From positions 1,798,001 through 1,862,000 of the forward strand of contig JAYWIR010000020.1 of NCBI GenBank assembly GCA_036172245.1: DNA of 64,000 nt. Reading direction: 5' to 3'. Positions within the stretch are counted from its first letter, which is position 1, and every line of letters starts with the position of its first letter. Shown here in pieces: positions 24,991-38,639 of the stretch. The notes under the pieces were generated by a model. That model made no database searches, was not told the origin of the DNA, and saw nothing but the letters and a program-made list of their open reading frames with translations. A program made the position numbers and the translations under genes. Source of the stretch: Raillietiella orientalis (lineage: Eukaryota).

Positions 24991-25367
24991 CTCCTTCGGA
25001 CGAGCTTGCTGAAAAGCGTCTGCAAGGGGACGCAACAGCGTGCCGCGGGAACCGCATCTGCTCCCTCGGATAAGCCACCCTCCTCCCTCGTGCCAGGACA
25101 TCCCGATGCGCGATCGCGCTCAGATTAATTAAGGGAAGAAAGACCCTCTCCAGACGCTTCCGATCAGCATCCCGGAAGCGCGTGGAATGACAGCGCCGTT
25201 TAACAGCGAACGGATTGCAGTTCCGCGGGGAAACCCCCAGAAAGCGCCACTGGTATTACCGCAGCGCGTACCATAATTCGTGTTACCTCCTTCGTACAAG
25301 GAGGAAAAAAAAAAAAGGGCCCGGGATCCGAGTGTGCGTTCGCCAGGACTCGCAGGGAAGGAATACG

Positions 25368-26153
25368 GCCCCAGCAACTCTCCAGGATTTCCGATTCAAC
25401 CTCCTCGAATAATGACTCTATCATCTCGGGGAAGCAGACCTAAAAATCCCCATCTGTAAGACTCGAGTTTATAGCGATCAAGTAAAAATCACTGAACGAC
25501 GGATTTAGGTACGCGCGTACGCATCGAGAAAAGAATCCAGAACTTTGGTCGTATTAAGGCCTTCTCCCTAGTCATTTGCATTTTTATAGCCGTCTGCTCC
25601 TGTCTGAGTCTGGCAGGACGCACACCCATAAAGGAACGCGATAAAAAGATCGCAAAGATAACGAATGCATTAAAATTCAAGCGCATCCTTACGTTTTCAG
25701 GCGCAACTCTACGGCAACTCCTTCTTCACACATACGTACATGTTGTTGTTTTTTTCTTCTTTTCCGGCTCGCTGCTGCTGCTGCTGCTGCTCGGCGGCGG
25801 CAGCAGCAGCAGCAGCATCTCCGATGTACGCCAATGAGCGCGTCCGATCGCGCTACCGCCACCTCCGAAATGCCATTCTGTAGCGGCGCTTCTTGCGGGC
25901 GACGGTTGGGCGCAGCGTGGAGACCGCTCCAGCTTCCCGCAGAGGCGGCGGCGCTGCGGGAGCGGTCCAGGCGGCTTGGCGACCTCCGCTCCCCCGAGCT
26001 GGCGGGGAAGGAAGCGGGGAGCGCGGGCGCTCCTGTTTTCCCGCGGCGACGAAGCGCCCCCGTGGCAGAGGGAGCGACGTCCACCGGAAAAAGAGAGGAG
26101 CCCCGGTTTCGCGCGCGCGTGACGTCACCCCATCGACTTTTCCGCCGATTCAT
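25368..26153 (-). CDS. Putative spliced gene B, unknown product; 3' end unresolved
   Basis: Exon 26153-25693 ends at a GTAAG donor. An 83-nt intron leads to in-phase exon 25609-25521 (LRQEQTAIKMQMTREKALIRPKFWILFSM). A 67-nt intron leads to an exon from 25453 (HGDF[TAG]VCFPEMIESLFEEVESEILESCWG). Confidence 0.55.
25771..25817. repeat. (GCT)7-CGGCGGCG-(GCA)6 inverted triplet repeat
   Basis: 25773-25790 is the exact reverse complement of 25800-25817. Confidence 0.9.
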
Positions 26154-28849
26154 AACGGCGGACGTTTAGCGAGTATTGCCTTTGGTCTGGCGCTCGGAAG
26201 AGGCATCAGCGCTGCCCCTTCGCCGTTTTGCGACCGGAGCTTGCGGCGCCGTTCTCAAGTACTAGAGGCAAACGTGGAGTTCAGGTTATTTTATTTTTTT
26301 GTTTTCATTCTTGTTTTTGTTTTTTTCTTCTTTCGTGTTTCAGTTTTCGTCGAGGAGAAGGAGGAGGAGGAGGAGGAAGAAGAAGAGGAGGGAAGGAAGG
26401 GGAAGAAGAAGAGAGACGAGGAGGAGGTAAGAAGAAGAGGGGAAGATGAAAGTGACCAAACGAAGAGTATCGACTTAGAAACGAAGGTTCCGGAATACTT
26501 ATCTTCCATGGATACTCGACGATTACGTATTACCATCATGATGACGAAAACGTACCCGAGATACTGAAATCAAGCGGGATGGTTTCCGGGGGAGATTAGG
26601 GGAGCAATTGAAAGACTCCGTGCTTGAAGTTTTCCTGGTCGTGTAGATCCCGCATGATTGGAAAAGGCAAAAAAAAAAACGAATAAGAAAACAGCAATGA
26701 TGATGATGATCCTGAATTTCGAGTTCTTTGGAGGTCTGGAGGCTTAGAACTCGCGAGCAATGCCAAAACACGGAAGCGGAACCTGCGGTCGCCCTGCCAG
26801 TGACCCAGGACTGCGGGAAAAAACGGCCGACGGCCTCACAACGACGCCTCGATCGAAAATACAAGTGGAGTATATGGAAGCGGATGGATACGGATCGTGA
26901 GAGAACGCCATCTGCACCATCGTGCGCCATCATCATTATATGCATGATACACTGTGCCGTGCACAGACCGCTTGCACAGACCGCGGCAAGCGAAGAAAAA
27001 TAGGCGACGTGGCCTCTAATGATCTCACACAGTTCGCTGTGCTTAATGGAATGATCCATTTCAGTTCCTTTTCGTGTCTTCAGCACGACGGAGACGGAGG
27101 AATTATTCATCTTCCTGCGGAATCCCTTCCAGGGGCTCTGTTCTCTGGGACGATCCTCCGGAAATCTGGGGAACGCACTTCCCGACGTTCCCTGACGTAG
27201 GAAATAGGCGCTTCGATGTGCCCGTTGGCTTCCTCTTCCCCATGACGCCATTCTTCCTGAACGGGGTTGTTGAGACTGCAACTCCGCTTCCTTCTCGTCC
27301 CACTCCCTCGTTCAAGATGACGACCTCGTTGGCACCGTCCTTCTCCCGGGTTCCTTCGAACGGATTTCCGTCCGCCTCCCCTCAAGAGGAAAGGAATATT
27401 TCCTTTTCTCCTTTCCCGTTGCCGCCTTGTCCACCCCGGCCCTGGGTGCGATCTCCACCCACAGGACCGTTCCTCCCAAAGCGAATCTCTTCTTGCTCCT
27501 CGCAATCCACGACGGTACGACTTCGGATCCGACTCTTCGCGCTTCGGGAACGGCGTTGCTCCCCCGAACGCAGGGGCGGATGCGTCCGAGAGAGCATTAT
27601 GGGTACTTTCAGAGTCGTCGGATCTCTTCCGGTTGCCTGCGCCGCAGGGTTGCGGGGACCAGCAGCAGCATTCCGGGGAAAAATCTGATACTTTGAGAAA
27701 GGGTCCGAATGTCACACACACACACACACACACACACCTGTGCGAGAGCGCGCGTGACATAGAGACGGGAAGACTTTCTTTCCCAAAGGAGGAAGGGTTG
27801 CACCGTGCAGCTCATGCTCCCCGAGAAGAGACAGGATCGAAGAATCACGCAACCGGACGGAGTGCCTCGGCCTGGAGTCAACCTTGGAAAATCCCACCGA
27901 GCGCCGAACGCTGGGTCGGTTTGCGCCTGTGCCCAACGGGAACGACCCCCCGAGGACTCCGAGAACCCGGCATTTCGTTTTCGCCGTGCTTGGCCCCGGG
28001 AACGGGTAGAGTTCTTCCCGTGTTGCAGCCGTGTGACTGAGAAAATCCCGATACTCCCTACAGGCGTGAATCGTCCTGGAGCGGACCCTGCCGGCTGAAG
28101 CAGCGTCTCCTGCGCGCAGAATACGCGGAACAGAGGAGCGTTCATTGCCGCTCATGGACCCCCAATGGCTCCAGAATTTCATCCACCTTGCTTGCACTAG
28201 CCTCCTCGTGAACGAAATGAGGGATGCAAGGAAGGGACTGGAACGAGATCACGACCGGGTATTTTTCTCCCTCCTGACGTGTACGCGCGCAACGTACACG
28301 GAGCGGCACCGGGATCCAGAACGGATTTGGGGTTTCGGATTCCAGCAAAGGAGGAAGGAAGACTAAATGAGCAACCGGGTTCGAAGCTTCCAGTCCTCAG
28401 AATTCTCCTCCAGTTGTAGGATCGTGGGCGTCATGCACATCCGTTACGGAAGGAGACGTTGTACTTCCGTTTTCAGAATCTCGAATCGAATATACGAAAC
28501 GGGCGATGCTGGAAAGTCTAAGGATACCGTCGGGCCATGTGGCGGAGACGGCGAGGAATGCTCAAGGATACCTGCTGTTGCGTTGGCTGCTCAAAGTCAC
28601 TTGGCTTTTTTTTTTTTTTTTTTTTTTGCCTTTCTTTCCGAGGAGGGACTTTTGCAACTTTGCAAACGCCCGTCTCGAGGTGGGCAGTTCTCGTTGAGGA
28701 GAGTCGACCGACTCCCCCGCGCGAGGGAGGAAGGTTTCGTCTGACGCCACAAGAAGAGGCTTCCGCAGCACGCGCGCATATTCCGGGGGGTCGCCCTGTT
28801 CGCGCCAAACCGGGACACGTCGGCATTCTCTTGACCGACTCGAAGGTGC

Positions 28850-29750
28850 ATCGGAATCGCTCGCTGGCTTTCGTTCCGCACGACGCAGACGTTAGCACAC
28901 GAGTTCACCTCCTGCGTCATCTGGAGCACACGTCAGGAGACAAGTGTGAGAATCAGCTGAAAGGGTTCCGTTTTTATTTTTATTTTTATTTTTCCAACGC
29001 TCGCTTACACGTTTTTCAGTTCGCCGACGTTTTCAACCTCGAAGATGGAATTTCCAATAGGTGAAAACGCCCTGAGAAATGTCCTGGAGGAGATTTAGAG
29101 ATTATTGGAATCCGCATTGGTTCTCTTGTCGAGAGAACAACACCCCAACAGGGTTGATTGCAGTTCCTCGGAAGCAGGAAATCTCATTCTGAAAGCACCG
29201 GACGCGTACGAGGACTTGCGACAAATACCGTGGTCCACTAATCGGGAAGACGAGCACTCTCCATCTGCATGAGGAAAGGAAATCGATTCGTGCTCGCAGC
29301 CTCCAGACGCCGTTTTGGCCACGTTGCTTCTTGGACGTTCGGCCGAGCCTGGTCAAGCCACAGCCGAAGGACACGCAGAGGTAGGAGGAATTCGGTGCCT
29401 GATCTCAAGATTCACTGAACCACGGGTAGCAGCACTGATCGAGGAGACAGCTAAGAAGCGTCTGTTCTTGCAAATGGAAACGCGAATGAAAAATAGAAGG
29501 CGCTGAAAATTGGTTTCTCGAACAAATTCTACAGTTCCCAGTAGATCATCTGAGAAACCAATAAGGGAGCAATTGACAGGTCCAAATGGGCGCACACTCT
29601 TCTGTCTCGTTAAGAACGAAAATACTGGATTTGAAACTATGAAAACACCTGAGTTAATTTACAGTACTGAAATAAGAAGCATTTTGCGCTTGAGCCAAAA
29701 GAGGTACTAGAATGAATCACTCTATGCGAAAGCAGGTAGATGGAGTCTTA
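28850..29750 (+). mobile_element. Possible highly decayed hAT transposase
   Basis: PRRWNF (~TRWNS) at ~29040, with weak upstream and downstream resemblance. Confidence 0.25.
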
Positions 29751-32700
29751 AGATGCTGGGTCTGTGCGCGCACCTCTCTAGGAGCGTTTGATAAACAGCG
29801 CGCGAGGAAAGATGAAGCAAGGGTAAGCGTAAGAGGCGTACGAGATAAGGATAAAATCTGACCGGGATCGGGAAACCGAGATGAAAGAAAAGGGCAATCG
29901 CACGGGATTAAGCTTCAGGAACTCCGCCGCGAACATTCACTTGAAACCGCCGATGCTGTGAGGAATCGGAAAGGATCGCGCAGGGGCGGGGCGGTTCACA
30001 GCAAGGGACCATCACGAAGAAAGCAACTGAACCGGACACGCGAATCATGTAGCGTACGTACAGGACTTTGAAACCTCTACGTGAACAATGCTAGAAAGCT
30101 AGGCAGGAGTGTACACGGAATTCCAAAAGTCTTGGGGCCGAGAGCTCTTGGAAGTTCTGTCGTGTTACTAATGAGAGCGCTCAGGATGACTGCCTTCCAT
30201 TTTAGAATAGCCTAAAAATCGGCACATGGAGAGCGTTCGAAAGACTTCTGGGAAACACCCTCGGAATGGTGATAGGAAGAAAAAAAGTCTTTGTGCAACT
30301 TCACAGCAGTTCGTTGGCGACTTGCCAAAGACAAAAACTCTGTTATAAAAAATTCGTGGCAGGGGTGGCGATGGAAGGAAAGCAAGGTGGATGGGTGTGG
30401 TGGGCCCCGAACACTGAGGCAAGCCGCGCAAAACCCTGTGACACGAAGAATGTCGAGGAAGAGAAATCCAGGAACTGCAAACGCGCGATGTGCAGCGAGG
30501 AAAATGTGCATTCAAGGTCAGAAGGCATTGGCAGCTGCAGTCTGCTTGAACCACAGTCTCAGAGACTGTGGAACAAATGGGATCAGACGCAATCAGACGA
30601 GACGGAATGGAAGAGAATCGGAACGGGTCGTTTCCAAAGGAAGACCTGCTTCGAGATAAGACCGGTGTTTACTGAAACACTCTCCAGAACGAGAGACTGC
30701 GGGGGTGCTTCCAAGAGCACAGCTTGTGGAGGAACCCCGATGATCCCGGTTCTCCTTAGCCGTGCTCTCGAACACCGTGCTGTCTGTAACATCAGGGAAT
30801 TCGTACTCCACCGTGCAGCATGCTTAGCCATTCGAAAATGCTGATGCACCTTTTTTTTTTTTTTGATGCACACACGGATTATATTTATAGTCTTTCATCG
30901 GAGGAATTCGAATCCCATGTATGAGGGTGTACCGCTTCCAAACGGAAGAAGAATCATGCCGTGCAAAAAAAAAAAAAGGAAAAAAAAGGAAAAAAAAGCA
31001 AGAAAGGATTTCGATCGTCTTTGGCACCTCCTCACAGCCTGTGAGGAGGTGCCAGAGAAAAATGATCGAACACACATGCGGTCCGAGTGGACAGTGCACG
31101 CAATGACCCCACCTGGAGGAGCAATCCCTACCGTGCACAATCCCACTAAAATTAGGTATTACTAGTAAAGTGGGTAGTTGAAAGTTCCGAGACGGCGCAC
31201 TCCACGAAAAACAGCCAAGTGCTCCCGCAAAAAAAGAAAAAAAAAGAATCGTTCCAGCAGATGTCTTTTGATGCACTTTCCACAAAAAAAAGTGACCACC
31301 GCCAAAAAAGGAGGAAACTCCTTCGAAGCTGCTGCTGCTATGAAGGAGTTCCACCAGTCGGTGAGGTGGGGATTTCGCCGGCTTCTGGAGATACTGAATG
31401 TGGCTGGGCTCAGAGTTTATCTCGTGCAAATGAACCTTCCTTGTGGCTCTTGGAAACATTCTGCTCCGTTACCACAACGGCGGGATCGTCCTTAAGACAC
31501 TTCAGAGAATCAACACACTAAGGAGTGATGGAAGTCGATCCTGCCTTCCCTTCCTGCTGCCATCAGATGCGTTATTGAGCTGCGTATTCTTTGAGAAACC
31601 TTGCAAAGTTCCCTTGTCGTGAAGTTTGTTTGATGGGAGAGCCACAGGTCAAGTCGTCGGTTGCTCACGTGCAATGGGTGACTCATAAACAGGTGCCGTG
31701 TTTTCGGGGGAGAAGCACGGCTTCCGTAGCCCAAGTTAACCTTCTTCTGTGAGTGCAGGAGACTGCAACGCAAAAGCGTAAAGAGGCAGCCTGCAGCCTT
31801 TGAATTCCTCCGTGCCAGCAAATTGGTGAGAGGCAAAAATAGTTGTTCAGCAACGTACGCATCCATTCCCGTTGAATTACCGAAGGGAACAGGCATTGGA
31901 GCAGCAGCAAGTGATGCGCACCGTCACGGGACTCTTTGGTCGCACTCCCGGAAAACCGTCAACGCTTGCGAATCCCGAAACGGTTTCGACGTCTCAAAAG
32001 GCCCCCAAAGTGATGTCCACTCCAGCCAACCGAATTTGAACCTCTTCGGGTGCGATAACCGCTTCGAGACGCAAAGTTTCGCGGAATAAAATGCCCTCGC
32101 GACGGTGGTCAGGTTCCATCCGGCAACGGGAGGTGAAACCAAAGAAACAGGCGGCGAAAAAGACCAGAGGTGCTTCGGAGTGTGCAGCACCTCTTCAGCT
32201 GCAGAGAGGCCCTGCTACGAGATGGCCTGGCACATTCGCTGGCTTGGGAATCCTTCCAACGAAATCACGCTCGCTCGAAAAGAGACCCCTCCCCCGTTCC
32301 ACGTTGTGATGACGACAACTTTCCTTCGTGATGGACCGAGCACTCGGATCGCGCCCACCGAAACTCCTCCGGGCAAAAACTGGAATCCCGAATTCTGAGC
32401 CTGCACGAACTCGAGGATACGACGCACGTAATTGAGTTTTCCTTGTAATGCACCTTTTATCTGTTTAAAGAGAAAGACCAGACCGTGTTTTATTATCAAA
32501 TAATATCCGAATAAAAAAAAAAAAAAAAAAAACGTCAACCTCCGGTTAGCACGAATTCCAAAACTGGACGGCACGCAGCAAAATGAGAACCCTTGGTGAA
32601 AAACTACGAATGCGCTGCGTTTAACCAAACACACATCGGATACAAATTGCAATTTTCCAACGAGATAATCAGGAAATATCAGAATGTTCGATCCATATCA

Positions 32701-33521
32701 CAAGAAAAGCAATTTTTTTTTGGTGGTGATGGTTCATCGTTTTTTGTTAAACTGATTTGAACTTGGAATTGGAATTAAAATAGTCAAAAAAACAAAAAAA
32801 ACGGGTCTTTTGGAAATTATGTTACACGGTGGCAATGTGTCCCAAAGGAACATTTGCTGAGCACTTAACCTTACACTGTCGAGTTCTTTGTATATAAAAC
32901 GATCAAGTTCAAACACATAATTGTCATAAGTAGCAACACACTTACTACTAACTTTTGCAAAGTATCAAGGCTTATATTTCATGTCAGTTTTTGATCCCAG
33001 TTGCTTAAGGAAGATTCTTTAAATGGAACGTCATGATGACTGATAAAGCCACAAGTTGCACAAATAGGTAACAGCACAGATTCTGCACATTACTGGGAAA
33101 CTTTTGAACATGTAGGAAACTTGATTGAAAAGCATCTTTATCAACAAACTTGTGAAAACAAATTAAAGCCTTCCTCAGAAATAAATGTTACAGTCCCTTT
33201 CCAACTGTTACCTCCAGGTATAAACTTAACCAAGTGTGTTATTTCCAATAAAACAAATCATAGACTACTCACAATCTTTCTCTTTATCAAGGCACATCAA
33301 TCTGATGCACAACCAGTAAGCAGCCATCCTGTATCACAGATATGACATGCAAAACGGACAAAAAACTGATCACATCCAGTCTATCTGCTAACTTAATAAG
33401 TAAACTGTAAAATGTTTGCTTAGCAGCCCAAATGATCCACAAACAAGCCAAATAATCTTTGTAAAACAAGAATCAGCTAATAACTGAAGATCACTCATTC
33501 CAAAAGGATCTGTTGATTCTT

Positions 33522-35380
33522 TCATGGTCCAATTAAGGCAACAATAATTTATTGGGATATTAGGGGTGACTGACTATCTTGTATGATAGTAGTCCATATC
33601 ACAGGGCCCTAAAGACCAACACGGCAGGTTGAAAGCCTCACAGCAGATGGAACCCCCCCAACTGTCTGACATGGAACAACTGTAAGTTGAGACAGTGCTG
33701 GAGCAGGAGAGTTCTTAGTATGATGGTGGGGAGCGGCAGCAAGCGTACAACTGGCACAGCATAATAAAGGTACCTTCTCCCCAACTGTACGGTTAGGAGG
33801 TGGTCGGATGTATTCCCGATAGATCTCTCTTTTCTAAAATAAGCCAATAAGCAGATTAAACAAAGGGAGTGCGAAGTTCTCACCTGCTCTGGTGTACGGA
33901 TATTTAGATTTTTGGAATTTCCATACGGAAACTCTTCACCATCAGGCAAGGGTAAAGAAGGGGGCAAATCTAAACTCAAGTCTTTTTTAACAGAATGCAA
34001 TAGCAAATGGCGCTGCCTATGGCAAGCCAATTCAACACTTAATTGTGTACAGCAGGAAACCTAGAACAGGGAGACCATGCATATTTGGTTTAAGTAACAG
34101 GATTTCTCACATTGTCGGAAGATGAGGGTGGCTGGGTACAACATCCCAAACCTTCCCTCCAAGATCGAGCTCCCATCTTACACAAGATATCAAGAGCCAG
34201 ATCAAGGGTTAGCAAATCATAGCCAATCCCCTGAAGACAGGCACAAACAGTCAAAGGCAGTACACAAGGTTCTATCAGCATGGATAATGCACCAGGAAAG
34301 GAATCATGGTACTTAATGTCACACAGTTCACTTAATTATGAGACAGCAAACTACGGGAGTACTGAAAAATAATGTAATTATTTTTCAAAACTCTAAACAC
34401 TGTAAATATTTGTGCTTTTATTTTATTTTTTTTTCTGAAAGTGCAAACCCATATAAAAACGCATTCAATACACCACAAAATGCACTGGTTAAAATAATCA
34501 TGACGAAACGATAAGTAACATTCAATTTCCTGATTAGGAAAAGTTTCTAAGAATCGTTGTTTACGACTTTTGGGAACGCACGTCAAACGTACACAGGAAC
34601 CAGCTAAAGCCAAGCTCACGTCGAGCCAAGCATTTTACCGCGCTTGCATTCTGCTGCAGACTCCCAGAAGGAAGAAAGGTAGGAGAGCACTTCCCTCCTC
34701 GTGATCACGAGCACCTTTTTTTCGAATTCAGCACTGTGAATGGGACCTGCATCTTTTTCGAAAACCCGACAAAACGAATTACGGCGATCGCACGTCACTG
34801 CACATTTTAAATGCACCATAAAGGAAAACATGCAGCATGGATTTCGAGGATCAAACCTTTTTTTTTTCCCCTGCACTCCTTTCCACCTCACACAGAAACA
34901 CAAATCAACAGAAAAACAATTCCTGTACGGCTGCACGAGGGAAGGGGGAGAGCCAGAAAGGAAAAAAGGAGGGGAGGGAGGGTACAAAAATTCCTACTAT
35001 TCTATTATGGAAGTCATTAAATTTCCGAAATTGAATGCAAAAACCTGTCTTTCGTCAAGAACTCGAACTAAGCCAGGCGACGTTTTCGGGAGTTCCCGAG
35101 GGACGGGCAAGGGCCGCTTCTTCCGCTTGGAGCAGGAGCGGGAGGAACAAGATCTGGGGACCCGGGTGGCTGCCACCACCCCCGACACGGCCCACGCCGC
35201 CGCGGGGATCCCGCCCCACCTCCGCGTGCGTGGAACCACACCACCGATCCGATCACGCCGAGCACGGGCAGGTCCACTGCGCGCGGAACGTGCGCCCGCC
35301 AAGCCGCATCTCACCAGGCACATACCACACTCACTGCCCCCGCTCGCGCTACCACATACCTCTTCTACCTTCGCTCCCAT
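33522..35380 (-). CDS. Multi-exon protein-coding gene C, unknown function
   Basis: One frame runs from ATG 35380 to donor 34638, probably containing 1-2 in-frame introns. Exons 34361-34111, 34060-33884 and 33833-33522 are joined in phase by two 50-nt GTGAG..TAG introns. Peptide includes FCRVFEKDAGPIHSAEFEKKV and GIGYDLLTLDLALDILCKMG. It ends at TGA 33522-33524 if TAR=Gln, or at TAG 33609-33611 under the standard code. Confidence 0.8.
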
Positions 35381-35552
35381 ACTGAGCAAAACACACGAAA
35401 CAACTCTCTCTATCTTAGCAGTACGCAGCCGTCTGTCTGTTTCAAATGCTGCGGTCTACTTTTTAACAATTACCAATGATCTGCAGCACACCGATAGGCA
35501 GACTCTCCTTCTATGTAGCAGCAGCAGCAGTAGCACCACCACTACCACCACG

Positions 35553-35585
<33 letters not shown>

Positions 35586-35629
35586 AAAAAAAAGGAAAAA
35601 AAAGGAAGAAAAAAAAAAAAAGGAAAAAA
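35553..35629. repeat. Poly-A/A-rich tract upstream of gene C
   Basis: Run of about 31 A followed by interrupted A runs. Confidence 0.9.
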
Positions 35630-36340
35630 CATAACGGCATTTATTTGAGAAAAGTTTGATCGAAGCTTGAGGAACCAAATCGGTTTCCGACGAAATTGCA
35701 AAAATAAAAGAAAAAAGGAGAGACTGCATCTCTGGGAGCATGGCTACGGATGCTGCAGAGATTTTCGCCCTCACACTTGAAATTCCTGGCTGTTGCACTT
35801 GCATTTTTCCTCTCGCTGACCCACGTTCGGAACCTTTCTCGTTCTTCTCGTGCAGCACCGGAGAAATTCACGTTCCCCGTCTCCAGGATCCTGGAAGTGG
35901 CAACCTGAGGACCGCCAAGGGGAAAAAAAGTCCGGTGTCGGAAATCCCCGGATGGTTAGGGGATTGCTAAGCAACGCGGGCCCGGTACAGGTAGCAAATA
36001 ACGGATATACAAATAAATAAACGAAACACAGGAACAGCAAGTACACGAAATGCACGCGGACGCGCGTACTGTACACAATCTTGGGAAATACGGTGAGATG
36101 CGATACAATCCGAATGTCTCTGCTGAGAACAAATCGTAGGCAACGAACAAAGGGAAACATGCACACCGCCAGTCGATTAGCAAACGGAAAACAAAGAACT
36201 TACACAGCCACTGGAAGCCAGAAATTATGGCATATACCACCCCGAATGTACGTGTAGCATTCACTTGCATCGAAAATAGACAGAATGGAACTCTCGAATG
36301 TTACGCAAAGCCGTCACAACCAGCAGTTTACATGTACAGC

Positions 36341-36517
36341 TCAAACACGGTTTGAAACTACGTAGATGCACTCGCCTCGATGTCCAAAGTTCTCATAAAT
36401 TAATTCACAATAGGGGTTTTTTACCGGACGAATAGGGACTTCCATTAATGCTGCTCCTGGCATAACAGCACTTGTACGCAATAGTCGGCAGGGCAAAATT
36501 TATTGTTTTTGTGAATT
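36341..36517 (-). CDS. Candidate exon
   Basis: After T-rich sequence and an AAG acceptor, the frame reads NSQKQ[TAA]ILPCRLLRTSAVMPGAALMEVPIRP...YCELIYENFGHRGECIY up to a TGA. Confidence 0.35.
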
Positions 36518-38639
36518 CTTGTGAACAAAATTATTCCAGAGACAAAAAAAAAAACAAAAAAACAAACTCACAGGAAGAGAAAAAAAAACCTCATTAGCCC
36601 GAAATAATTTCAGGCAAACAAACGAAAGCAACTTGCGAAAAAATGAATCATCCGATTTTTGTTTGCTCACTGCGAGGCTCCGTTAACAAAGGAATCTCAG
36701 AGCGCGGAGGTCTAGCAACAGCCCCGGAACCTTGGCAACCATTGTTGCGGGCAGGAATAGCGGGGAGGAGGGGGGGGGGAAGAACCCGTTACCAAGTGCG
36801 GCCCTATTCGCGATTAATAACGTGCTAATTCCCAAAACGCAATTAGAACTTTGGGCCAAACCTGCGAGCCACGCGGAAAATTAAAATAAAATAAAACGGC
36901 AAAAAAATAAAAAAAATCGTCGATTCCATGAAAAGTTTAGCCATAAAACAACATAGCAGGATCGAGTAAAGCCGAATCAAACATGCACCATCAATCATCC
37001 TACTACTACTAAAATAATAGATAAAATTCCACCATCGCGTTGCACATAGAAATCGTAAACAACGCAGAAACGAATTCTCTGGTTATGTCCACAGACAGGG
37101 TAGTGGTACTAATCCTACCACTCTCCTCGCTGCTCTTAGGTGGCGCAGAAAGTAATTATCCGAGTGAATATTAGCGCGGTGTTGGGATTGCGATCGCTCG
37201 AAACTCTGCAGCACATTTTCGTCTTCAGCTTTCCTTTCCGGACCTTTGTCCTCTGTGGCTGTGGTCATTCAGGACTGGTTTTATGACTGTGGTTGCCGCT
37301 TAAGCAGAGAGGCTGCGGAGTGCATTGCCAAGCCAAGGGGTTCGCTCTCGCCGCTGTTTCCATTTTCGATTTCTTCGGATCTCTCTGCTCTGCCTGTTCC
37401 CTTTTTTTGTTTGTCTGGATGGACACGACGACGTGTCCACGAGCAGCCAAGTGGAGGAGGAAGAAAGGGAGGGAGAGTGGGAAAAAAAAGAAAAACAGAA
37501 ACAAGGCCCGGTAGGTCCTGACGGACAGCAGGTTTTTCCGTTGATACTCTGCTCCTAAGGTTTCCCCGAACACTATCGTAAAGGCGGGTGAGCAAAGGTT
37601 TCGCGTAGTTGCCACCTATTTTTGTTTTTTGTTTTTTTTTTTGCCACTTCCTCTTAGGTGCGCTCTTTTGCAGAGAGGCTTATGATTATTGCGAACTGAG
37701 GATCACAGTTTCCGTCTAGTGGCTGAGAAAACCGATCTCCCCCAGGCTGTACCGGCAACTGGGATACTCGTGAGCTTGTCCCTGAGTCCCTGGGTTCACA
37801 CTGTTGATCCTTGGCTGAGGAACCCGAGGCCATCTTTCGGTATGTTTCTCGGTTTGACCTTCCGAAAAACATCGCGGGACGGCTTTCAGTGGAAGATGAT
37901 GGCAAGCGAAACGCACGCTAGAAGGCGGATAGCCAACGGAGGCCGAAGCAGCGAGGCCTCTCTGGTGCGGGCGTTCCTGCTGGCGTCTTCCCTGGTAAGC
38001 GGAAGCGAAGATCAAGGAATCGCATATGCTTTCCTGGCAATCGAACGGGTTGGGCGAACAAGGATGCGAGACAACGACAATGCCATGGGGACTCTGCCCG
38101 GCGTCCGCGACGGCGCTGACTCTGCGCATGAGTCTTCCAACTCCGACCGGGTTTCCAACGTCGGCATCAAAAGCGCAGTCGTAGGAAACGTTGGGGAGAA
38201 AGGGAAGGGAAGGAGGAAGACGAACCCTCTGCATTTCACAGAGCAGCAGCTTCCTCGATAGCTGCTAGTCCTCTGAAAGAAACCCACCCATACTCCCCTT
38301 GTCCTCCTGCGCTAGACCTGTCGGAACTTTCTGTGTCGTCATAGCTCTCTCACGAAAATCCTCGATGCACCAAGGGCAGATTCCTCTGGGAAGCATGCTT
38401 TTGCTATTTGGTGTCCTTCCCTCTGAGGCTCCTCCACCTACGTGGGTATGGGGAGGAGGTGGGCTAGAAGCTGCGGGGGTGTCAGAAGGCAGCAGCCCCT
38501 GCACACGAGCCGTCGCAACGGTACGGTGAAGCGAAACTCTTGCCTTCCGGATTGCGCTCGCAGTGCCTTTCCTCCCGGTCAGACCGGGAACCTCTTGAAA
38601 AACAAACAGTCAAATTGGGAACTGGATTCCCCAAGTAAA

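Noticed and set aside
26420..27100. Plus-strand gene diverging from gene B
   Set aside because: Donor-like sites (GTAAG ~26427, GTGAG ~26897) exist, but several frames are equally plausible and no consistent model could be built.
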